Below, piece by piece: positions 25,001-37,000 of a stretch of 64,000 nucleotides of DNA (the first letter of the stretch is position 1; each line of letters begins with the position of its first letter). The notes below the pieces were generated by a model. That model saw only the letters and a program-made list of their open reading frames with translations. It had not been told where the DNA came from and made no database searches. A program made the position numbers and the translations under genes. This DNA comes from Octopus sinensis. Taxonomy: Eukaryota. The stretch lies in contig NC_043005.1 of assembly GCF_006345805.1 (NCBI RefSeq), forward strand, positions 83,452,001 through 83,516,000, in the 5' to 3' direction.

Positions 25001-28000
25001 TCTCCCTTCTTTTACTTGACCATCCCATTGATATTCTGATCCCTGTCCCTTGTGAGTATGCCCAGCACTCTGCCACTATCTCTATCCTGCTGTCTCCCAC
25101 TCTCTCTCCTTCTCCTGAACCCCAACTTAACAATACAGCCATGCCTGCACCAATGACTATAAATTTAAAATGCAAAAGAAAAAAGCAAAAATAAAAGATT
25201 ATCAAATAAAAAAAAAGAAAGCAACTTACAATTGTCTGGTCAGCAGAAAACTTAACTTCTTCAAGAGTCATTAAACCAGTTTTTACTTGAGATTCAAGAC
25301 TGTCAATTTTATTTAGTAAAAGTTCTTCTGTTTCTGAATGCTTCATTTTGATTTCTTCCAGCAATAGTTCATGTTGTTCTCTCTAAAATCAAGACAATGG
25401 GGGAAAAAAATGAATTGATTTTAAAAAATAACCCCAATTCAATAATTTTCGGTTTTTGATTGTTTTTTTAAAATCTTTTTAATTAACCCTTTAGCATTTA
25501 AACCGACCATATCTGGCCAAAAGTATTCTGCCTGTTTTATGTTCAAACTGGCCAGATCTGGTCTCTCTCACCAACCCTACAATATCGTTTTAAAAATTAA
25601 CAGCTACCTCGTCAAAATCTCATAGCTACAAGATAATGCATGATTAGTTCAAAACAATTTGGATAAAAAAGCATTAATTTTGGTAGAATAATGTGAACAC
25701 TAAAGGGTTAAACTGATTATGTCATTCTCTCAGACTCATTTCTTAACCTTTTTGTTACCATATTTCTATTGAAATGCACTGCTTTGTTCCAATCAGTTTT
25801 GAGGGGGAAAAATGAAGTATTTAGTAAAAAAAAACTATCCTTGTTAATCTGGTGTTTGAAACTTGATGAAATTTTGATGGAAGGTTTTAATTTAATCACT
25901 TTAAAACAGCACCTTGTAAATCACTTTGTAACATAGGGCTAGGGGTGGCCCCAGGTGAATTAGTATCACAAAGGTTAAATCACACCCTACCATCATCGGA
26001 TGATGTAGGCTGGGATTTACTATGTTTAAATACAAAAACGAGTGGATGGTCATGGCTGGAATGCCTTTGAACATCTGCTTAATCCTTTTGTCATCATATT
26101 TCTGTTGAAATACATTGCTTTTGTACCAATATCTTGAATATAATGAAGAATTTTGTAAAAAAACTGTCATCATTAAGCAGGTGCTTTTAAGGCAGCGAGT
26201 TGGCAGAATTGGTAGCACACTGGGCAAAGTGCTTAGCAGCCTTTCATCTGTCCTTACGTTCTGAGTTCAAATTCCGCCGAGGTTGACTTTGCCTTTCATT
26301 CTTTTGAGGTTGATAAATTGAATAACAGTTGAGCTCTGGGGTTGATGTAATTGACTTAACCCCATCACCACCACCACCATTTACTTTACTGATCCCAGAA
26401 TGAAGAAAGACAAAGTCAACCTCAGTGGGATTTGAACTCAAAACAAAGACTGACAAAATGCTGCTAAACATCTCAATGGGAATTTTAAATTCAATTTCTT
26501 TACAACTGGAATGGTCTCAGGAGATTTGGTCTCTTAAGGGTTAATGTCCTCCTCAACACGAAAATCTAAAACAGGATATTTCGTTTAATGCTATAATTTT
26601 CTGGACTATTAACTTTATCTTCAGTGACAAAACTATTTCTAAAGATGAAGTTAATAAACCAAATAATTTATTCACAGAATAATCTTTTATAAGCAATTTT
26701 TGGCATTTAGTAAATATCAAAAGAAAGTGCATAATATCATATTTGATAGACACAAATGAATTATTGTGTAATTACAACAAAGGATAAAAGAAAGAATAAA
26801 ATATATGCAGGAGGGACAAGTTTAACAAATACTATATTAGCTTAATGTTTAACCCTTTAATGTTCAGATTATTCTGTCAAATGTGATGTTTGTTTATTTA
26901 AAATGGTTTGAATTAATCATGCATTATCTTGTAGTTTAGAGATTTCAGTGATGTGATTTTTTAGTTTTAGAATGACATGGTAGGGCTGAGGTGAGAGGCA
27001 AGATCTGGTCAGTTTCAATATAAAACAGGTTAAATATTTTGGCCGGATATGGCCGGTTTGAATGCTAAAGGGTTAAAAGAAAGACTATTATGTTAGGATG
27101 TTAGTCTTTCATCAGAAGACAGAGAAATAATGGGGAGCGGGGAGAAAAAAGTCGGTGAGAAAGAAAAAAAAAGCTGAGGAGTTGGGAGTCAGGTGGGAAT
27201 GTGGTTCTGGGTAGGTGTGGGAGTTAGGCAGAGGAGAAATGAGTGTGTATGTACAAGTATAGGAGTGTATCTGTATTCAGAGAGGAGCATGTAGGGATGG
27301 GTGAGTGTATGTATGTGGAAGTGTAGTGGTGTAGATTAGTGTGTGTGTGTGTGTGTGTACACATGTGTAATTGTTAGATGTTTGTGAAGTAGTGGGAATT
27401 GAGTGTGAAGCAAAAGGGAATGTAAGTGGAATGTGTAAAGGGATAGAAGTGTGTGAGACATTATACCATGGGAATAAGGAATGGGCAAAAGAAGCTGAAT
27501 GATAAAAAAGATGTCAGTTCAGGGAGAGAAGAGAAAAATGAATAACAATAGAGAACACTGGGGAAAAGTGAGAGAAGAAAAAGGTACTTAAAAATTACAC
27601 AACATTGATGGAAAGCCCAGGGAGGTTGGAAGAAACGTCCTAAGGATGGTGAGAGACTATTATCATCATCATCATCATCGTTTAACGTCCGCTTTCCATG
27701 CTAGCATGGGTTGGACGGTTTGCCTGGGGTCTGGGAAGCCAGGAGGCTACACCAGGCTCCAATCTGATCTGGCAGTGTTTCTACAGCTGGATGCCCTTCC
27801 TAACGCCAACCACTCCAAGAGTGTGGTGGGTGCTTTTTATGTGCCACTAGCACAGGAGTCAGGGGAGGCTGGCAACTTCCACGATCAGTTGGTGCTTTTT
27901 ACGTGCCATGTGCACAGGTCAACACTTATATCTATTTCACTACACCTTGTACAAATGAATTAGTCTGTTTTCTAGTAGAGTTTTAGATTTTTCTTAATTT

Positions 28001-31000
28001 TTTACATCAATTTTTCTATGCTCACATGGGTTAGGTCCCCAATGCATTGTTGAGGCATGGATGCTTGACCCACAGAGAAAGTTTCTAGTTACTTTCGGGT
28101 ACTCTTCGTAATTGTGGTATTGTTTGTAAATAAATGTGTTAATTTTTTTGTCTTTACGTCTGTATTTCCATGATAGCATGAGTTAGATGAATATACTTGC
28201 GAGGCATTGTTTTGCAACACAATACCATTGACTGTTTATCAAAATTAATATTCCAATAATTTATTTTCTAATCATTCACTTTAGAAATGGCAGGCTTGCA
28301 TAACAAGCCAAATCTTTGTCAAATCACTCACCATTTAACATACATGTTCCAATACTGGCATGGGTTGAATAGTTTTACAGGATCCAATGGGTCCAAAGAC
28401 TACATTGTATTCTAATGTCTACTTAGGCATGGTTTCTATGGCTGGATGCCCTTTCTGACAACAATCATTTTACAGCATGTACTGGGAGCCTTTTTTATGG
28501 TACAAGCATAAAAAGTAAAAGATACAAAGGACCTTGTAGTCTATACTAGAAGACAAGATGGTCACAACTGGAATATCCTTGATCATATCCTTAATAACAA
28601 GAATGACCTGGGGTTAAACAACAGCAGAGTGATATAAACATACCTCCTTCTCATGTAAAACATCTTTCTGAGTGGCAAGGTCCCAGTTCTCTGATACTCT
28701 CTTTTCTGCATCATCTAGTTTCATTTGCAGATCTTCAATCTACGAGAAAACAAAACAATAAATCTATACATACATAAATAAAATTACAAAACAAACCCTT
28801 TTGTTTATTATACTTCAGATGAAATACACTATCTTTATTTCAATTGATTTTTAGAATAATGAAGAATTTAGTAAAATAAGTTTGTCATTATTAACAGCCC
28901 CACTTTTCTCTTTTTTACTATATTCCTGTTGAAATATACTATCATCATCATTTGACATCCGTCTTCCATGCTAGCATGAGTTGGACAATTTGACAGGTGG
29001 TGGCCAGCCAGAGGACTACACTACACATCACTCTCTGTTTTGGTATAGTTTTTACAGCTAATTGCCCTTCCTAATGCCAACCACTTTACTATATTTCAAT
29101 TAAAATGAAAAATTGAGAAAAAATAACTGTCATTATTAAGCTGATGCTTGGAACATAAATTATCTTGAAATCAGGGGCAGGCTCAGGCAGGTTCGTTTCA
29201 AAAAGGTTAAATCATACTTTACCACCATTGTATAATGTAATCTGGGGCTTTACTATGTTTAAATACATAAATAAAAAATGAGTGGACGGTCATGGCTGGC
29301 ATCCCTTTGAACAGAGGCCTGCTTTATCACATCTCTTAAAATACACTGCATTTGTTTCAATTAAATTTGAAAACAATGAAAAATTAGGTAAAATAACTCA
29401 TTATTAAGTAACTGTTTAGAACATAACATGAACTTTTAATTTTAAATCAGTAGATTTCTCACACTGACCTAAGACTGTCTCAGGTAGGTTGGTATCAAAA
29501 AGGTTAATAAGATTATTGACCTCATTTTTCAAGATTATTTTAATATTTGCATCTCTATTACATTTGATTGATTAGGTCCCCAATCATTCTCATAAGTTTT
29601 ATACAAGAATCAGTTTATAGGAATCTTTGTTTCCAAACTAAGAATAACGACACTCTTACTAGCAAGGCCACAGATGCATTTATGATGACTATTACAGTTC
29701 TAAGTTATTTACATTTATCTTTCAGTAAAGGTAACCATATTGAACTGAATTTTTTTTATTTTATTTCTTTCGCTTTATCAAAGAGGGAAGGTCAGAAGTC
29801 ATGACATTAAAAACTGATAAGAGAAGAGTAAAGTATAAATTTATTGGTCACTGCAGCAGGAAGTAACAGATTAAATACTGGAGCTTACCTCAGGTCTGAA
29901 ATCTAGTGTGAATGTTTGAAACAGAGGTCTCTGCTAAAGGTACCTAAATAGGGGTCGGGGTTTAAATCAGGTGATGAATTAAGTATAGTGAATGCAAGAT
30001 TAACTGCCTGGGCTGTCAACAAAATTATATATATACATACATATATACACAAACATATATACATGCATGCATACACATACATATCTGAAGGCATTCTGAT
30101 CTGATGGTCTTAAAGTTCCAATCTACCACTTTAGATTGGTTATTTATCTTTTTTATTGACTCTGAAAGGATGAAATGCAAAGTTGATCCTGGTGGGATTT
30201 GAACTCAGAGTGTGGAGAGTTGGAACAAATACCATGGAACATTCTGTTCAACATTAACAACTCTACTGCCTCACAATCTTTTAACAATTCATGCTCCAAA
30301 TTAATCCTGCATCTCAAAACAACTCCCTACAATCATATCCTAATGACTTAAAAAATGAAGAACAAGTTAAATAATGCAGGAGATGATAGACTCATCATCA
30401 TTGAATGTCCGTTGCTCATGCTAGCATGCTTGAAGGGTGCACCAGACTCTGGTCTGATTTGGCATGGTTTTCTATGGCTGGATGCCCTTCCTAACACCAA
30501 CCACTCCAAGTGTGCCACCAGCACGGGTGCCATTTGCATGACACCGGTTATGAATGTGATTTTGCTCAGTTCAATGGGTCTTTTTCTCAACCACGACATA
30601 ATGCCAAAGGTCTTGGTCATTGCCTCGTAAAAGCAAAATGGGATGGTCACAAATAAAATACCTTTGACAATACATGTGTCAAATCAGAAGATACCAATAC
30701 AAGTTAAACCAATTCTTACATACTTCATTTGATTAATCTGAAGAGAGTGAACATCCAAGATCAAAGAGCCTTGATTTTTCTATTATGGTCAACAAGTAAC
30801 CAAGTGAAAGAAAAATCAAGGCAGGATGAGATAATTTCTATTGGTTTCAGCAAAACTTTAGACTTTCTAATGAGTGAAATACCTTAGATACATGTCTCGA
30901 CATTAATAATTTAATTAGAAAAGTATTTCTAGCTTAATGTTGTTTGTAAAAATGAGGAGGTCACTTGGTCAAATCAGCTAAAAGAAATATTTAAAAAATA

Positions 31001-34000
31001 AAAGTTGAAGTAGTGTTAACACAATGCAGGGAATATAAAATGTTAATCCCTTGATGCCGGTATTACTTGAAGCATGCAAGACACTGCTCTGGGTTTTTTT
31101 TTTTATATAATGAGGCCACACAAGTGCAAACGAACTTGTGTCTATTTACGTTCACCATTACAATAACATAGTGTCGTACATTTACGTCTACCGGTTTATG
31201 AAAGCAAACTATGTGAAGCTATTTATCATAATATGATATGCACGAGTAATTCTGCTCAAGTTCAGAAAATAGCTTGTGTGTGGTACAACTCAAAACACGG
31301 TATTGTGCATGCAAAGTATTCGCATGTCATTGGTCTACTGCTAGTCTCATAACTTGAAAGTAACCTAAAATAGCTAAGATAATGCACAGGACAGCGAGCA
31401 TGCGCACCTCAAGAGATAAAATACACAATAGCGAATGTAAATGGCTGCTAAAAAGTCCATGATAGATGTAGGGCAGCTCTACATCGTATATTTACGTTAA
31501 CCAAAGGTGGGCAAGCAAAACTGTGATCGCATATTTGCGTCAACGGTTGTCAAGGGATTAACTAAGGTTAATTTGACAAGGAAAAAAAAAACAGTAGTGA
31601 TTAATATTTTCTTTCTTTTCAACATGGGAGACAACTGTACCCTTATGACCTCTCATCAATGAAACAGCTTTCACTGTGCTCACCAACGTATGATGAAACG
31701 GCTAAGTAAAAAGCATAAAAGTATATATTAGTTGAAATCGGAAAATAGTGAAGACAAAGTCTTGAAGAACTACAACAATGGTGTAATCTATTGGAGAGAA
31801 ATGAGATACCTACCCAGTAGTGTGGATCCCTATGTACGATGAATTGGTATGCAGTCGCCAGCACAAGCAATTCATGAGAACCTAAGTCTGATTCCAATAG
31901 CAAAGCGAACAAAGATATTTAAGTAGAGGGACAGAATCATTTCTAGACCCACTACAAGCCAAGAAAAATACTTGTAAATCTCATCAGTTGTACAGTATCA
32001 CAGCTGCTGTTTCCAGCATGAAGTTGTTTCAACCTTGTGATACCTGTTTAAAGCTAGGTAAGCTGAGCCATTTCAGAGCAAGACCCTTAACTCAGACACA
32101 TTAGTGACATGATACAAACCAACAATCTCTTTGGGTCAATAATAACACGTCTACATGGTCATTCAATCTGCTAAGAACAGCAGTCAAATTTTCATCAAAT
32201 CATACCTTATCTCTTTAAAAAATGAAATTTTTAGATAATATATTACACCAGAAACAATTACTGGCAAGCCTTTGATTCAAGGCCTGTTCAGTCAGGGCTG
32301 ATCTAAGTTAAACAACAACCAGCACTGCTATCTTCTTGGGCTCTCTCTCTCTCATTTAATAATATTGTAGTGTTACTCAGGTTGCTCCATCAAAATGGTT
32401 AGCAACAAGAAGGTATAATCATCACCATCATTGTCATCATCATTTTACATCTGCTTTTTTTTTTCTCCATGCTGGCATGGATTGGACAGGTTTTACAGCT
32501 GGATGCTCTTCCTGTTGCCAACCCTTTTAGTTACCTCTTAGGACATGCAGGGATGCTGTATTTCCATTTTAGAATGGAGATACACATCTAAATCATAAAA
32601 ACTCAACCAAAAGCCACATGCAACTTAAAGCAGCATTAACAAGACAGCCATAAAGATTTTATACACCAAATCTAACCCAGCATGAATAAGCCAAAAAAAA
32701 AATGTATATCACAAAAACCAATGATGATGATGAAGATAATGATGATGGTGATGATATACCTGTTTGTGCAGATTTATCTTTTCTAAATTAGCTGCCTGTT
32801 GACTTCCACTTAATTCTTCACTGTCTTCTATAATCTTCGCATTCAGATGGGAGATCTGAGAATTGAGGAAAAAAACAATTTCGAATGAACCAAAATTTTC
32901 TTTTTTTAAAAAAGAAAACCCACAACAAAACTAAATTTCTATTAATTGTGTGTTAAATATTCCACCAGTAGCCATCTATCAATCTCCCACCCGCTCCCTT
33001 TCTTGAACCAACAAACAAGGCTCAACAGGAGGTAGTTTTTCATTCAGCAAAAGGAATAACTTAGCAGCCTATAATACAATTTGGGGATCAGGATCACTTT
33101 TGAAGGGGTTACAATCAGAGTCAAGACTTATCGAATACTGCTCAACATAGCTGCTGAGACAACTAGAAACAGCAGTCAAATCTCTCTCACATTACACCCT
33201 ACCATAAGAAAATGTGAAGAAAGACATTAGATAATGTAATTATAGATATGTAACATCTGAGAAAAGATGGGATGAGAAATGCTATTGATCACAGTTCTGC
33301 TCAGTCAGGTCTGCTTGAAGATAAATAAGTTTTCTGACTCAGATATTTTTTTTTCCAACACAGATGTAATCCAAAGATCTGGATCATTTTTGATCTGCTC
33401 AGTTCAGGTCTGACTTGGGCTAAACAACATCATTAAACGACACCATATATTTCAGCCTTACCTGCCCTTCAAGGTGGGTTATCTTGTCACTCCAAGTAAA
33501 CTTTACTTCCTGCAACTGTTGCCGTGACTCAGACAACTTTTTCTCAAGGCTATCCCTCTGGAAAATGAAAATAAAAACAATTCATCATTAGACAGGTCAA
33601 TTAGCAGAACGATTAAAGCATCAGACAAAACATTTTGAGGTGTTTATAGTTTCATTTTTAAGTTCAAACCCTGCTAAGAACAACTTCACCTTTCATCATT
33701 CTCGGGCTTTATAAAGTGCCAGCCAAGACTGGAGTCAATTCAATTAAATCACACCCCACTCGGCCTTGTGTTGCCTAATTAAACAGTAGTGGATTGGCAG
33801 AATCACAAGAATAACGAGGGAAGTGCTTTGCATCATTTCTTCCAACCCTTTTTGTTCTGAGTATAACCTTTCTGATACCAGTCTACCCAAGACTCCCTAG
33901 TGGTTCTATGATACAAACTATTTTTAAGTGATTCCATCAAAATCTCACATCAATTTATGTTCCTAAACACCATCTTAATGATAGTTGTTTTACTAAATCC

Positions 34001-37000
34001 TTCATTATTTAAAAATTAATTAAAAGCAAAAATTGTGTATTACAACAGAAATATGGTAACAAAAAAAGATTAAATCCTGTTGACTTTGCCTTTCACCCTT
34101 TCAGTGTCAATAAAATAAGTACCAGTTGAACATGGGGGTGGGGGGCAATGTAATTGACTTACTCTCTTCCCCGAACTTGGTGGCACATGGAAAAACATTC
34201 AAGCGAGGTCATTGCCAGTGCGACTAGACTGGCTCCTGTGCAGGCGGCATGTAAAAAACACCATTTGAGTGTAGCCGTTGCCAGTAATGCCTGACTGGCC
34301 CTCATGCTGGTGGCACATAAAAAGCACCCACTACACTCTTGGAGTGGTTGGCATAAGGAAGGGCATCCAGCTGTAGAAACTCTGCCAGATCAGATTGGAG
34401 CCTGGTGCAGCCATCTGGTTCGCAAGACCTCAGTCAAATCGTTCAACCCATACTAGCATGGAAAGTGGACGTTAAATGATGATGATGATGATTAGTAACA
34501 AAGTCCTATAACCAACTTAGCCACTGTTTTTGTTTTGTTTTTTAGTATGCCTATTCCTTTCTTCTAAGCATGAGTCCCATGAGATGTGTATGCAAACCTG
34601 CAGCACGGCTTAGATGGATCATTGATCAATAGTTTCTTGCCAAAATATAAAATTAAACTTACCTCTGATTGTAAAGCCTTAATTTGATCATTTTCTGATA
34701 GACCATGATCATTCAAACGTTGTTCAAGTGTGCTAACCCGTTCTTCTAAATGGACAATTAGGTCATTCTTTTCTTCAATAGTTTTGGTCATCTGAAATGA
34801 ACATATTGAATGGTTCTGTCATTCTTCAACATTTACAAAGAAAAATCCATAAAAAGGGAACCATAACTACTAAATCACCTGGGAGCTACCAAGGCTGTCT
34901 TTATGGTGTTGTAAAGCAATGCTAGAATCAGTAGTCAAGGATCCCTTAAATTACATCCTATTATCATGGAAGAAAAGTTGCGGACACACTGGCTGATGTA
35001 TTTCAAGACATTATTCCTAACTGAAGGACTGGTTGGTTATGATTGGAGTGCTTTTGATCACAGGTCTGTTCAAATCTGTTGTTTAACCTGAGGTTAAATA
35101 ACAATGACATTGTTTAGTTCCCCACACCCAGCTCAACTCTGAAAGAGCAAACTTATAATCAAGGACTCTTCAACCAAGACCATTCCATTTTTATTTAGGG
35201 AAAAGATGCATATATTATCTAGGACTACATTTTCCTTTATATAGTCACAGGCATGGCTATGTAAAGAAGTTTGCTTCCCAACCACATGGTTACCAGTTCA
35301 GGCCCACTGTGTAGCACCTGGGGCAAGTGTATTGTAATCTAGCCCTGGTCCAAAGAAAGTCTAAGAAGATGGATTACTGAGCACATGGTTAAAATTACAA
35401 ATTTAAATGTCAGTGCAGTCATTGTTTCATGGATAAAACGTCCATTCGTATGGCTGACAACAGGTTCCACCCCTACTTCACAATTGAGTGATTAGCAATA
35501 TAAAATGACATCTAAAAAAAAGAAGTTCATCAAACTATATTAAAATATCAGAATTTATAAAACTTGTTTCAATGTTTCAACAGTAAACTTACTTTTGTCT
35601 TACATAAATCATAATTTCTTTGTAAAGTCACATGATTGTTTTCTAGTTCGGCAGTTGAAGATTCTAAGCTTGATACATGTTGAGATTTCTGAAATAAGGA
35701 GATTTAAAAAAAATCTTTTATTGCATACATTTGAGAACAATACAATTGTTAGGGGTGTATGTATGCATTATGCATGTGTGTGTGTGCATGTATGGCTCTG
35801 ATAAACCAAACCTGGGTTATTCAACCATTTGTTCACCTAACCTGCATCCTCTCTCTCTTCATTGTAACTACAATTATTACATCCCTCTGAACTAGCCGAT
35901 AGTACACCACCTCTCATACAAAAACTATCTTCCCGGTTAGCCTTCCTTTGATATTGCTGCACCTCTTATGTGTCCATAGCTTACACTGGGTACATCTTAT
36001 AGAGTTTCTGCCTATGCCTTTTCTACAGATCGAGCAGGGCCATCTACCTGAAGGGATTTGTGGTTTGTCAGCCTTCCTACTTATTTGGACTTTGGTTTTA
36101 GCTAGATTCACTCTAATGCCCTTTGATTCTAATCCTTGTTTCCACACTTGAAACTTCTCTAGTTCTGATAGTGACTCAGCAATTAGAGCAAGGTCATGAG
36201 CATAGCGGAGTTCCCAGAGGCATCCTATCTTGAATTCCTCTGTTATTGCCTGGAGGACTATGATAAATAGAAGGGGGCTAAGGACTGAGCCTTGGTGAAC
36301 CCCTACCTCTATCCAAAATTCTTCACTGTATTCGTTGCCAACCCTCACCTTACTGACAGCGTCCCTGTACATGGTTTGCACAGTTCTCACTAACCATTCA
36401 TCTATCCCTAGTTTCCTCATTGACCACCACATAAAGGATCAGGGGACCCTGTCAAAAGCTTTCTCCATGTCAATGAAAGCCAGGTACAGAGGTTTACCTT
36501 TGGCTAGGTATTTCTCCTGCAGCTGTCTTACTAGAAATATAACATTAGTGGTGCTTTTCCCTGGCACGAACCCAAACTGCATCTCCTCTAAACTGACTCT
36601 CTCCCTAATTAGTTAAGCTATGACCCTCTCCATGACCTTCATTACTTGATCCAACAACTTGATACCTCTGTAATTATTTGTATCTAAAGCATCACCTTTA
36701 CCTTTGTAGCAGTTGATTATTATGCTGCTACACCAGTCATTGGGTATGACTCCTTCGTGTATCACCTGGTTAACTATTCGGGTGACTAGGCTATAGCTGA
36801 CACTACCAGATATTTTGAGCATCTCTGCAGTAATTGCTGATGGGCCAGGGGCTTTACCTGTCTTCATGCTCTTAATTGCTTTATCTACCAAGGTACTGTC
36901 AACTCGGATAGCTGGTCCCTCTGTTGGGTCGACATTCAGCAGACTCTCTTTCTCCCATTCATTTTCTTTATTGAGCAACCTTTCATAGTAGCGTCTCCAA

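Noticed and set aside
27646-27963. Recurrent ORFs like [19 protein letters not shown]...[12 protein letters not shown] (also 11555, 17641, 23796, 52988, 60081)
   Set aside because: Translations of the RTE 3'-tail repeat; present in many copies with variable stops, so not a gene family.
31637-31926. Balanced-composition segment with partial frames ([20 protein letters not shown]...)
   Set aside because: In-frame stops in all frames and no recognisable family; probably decayed TE. A BLASTx would be needed to say more.
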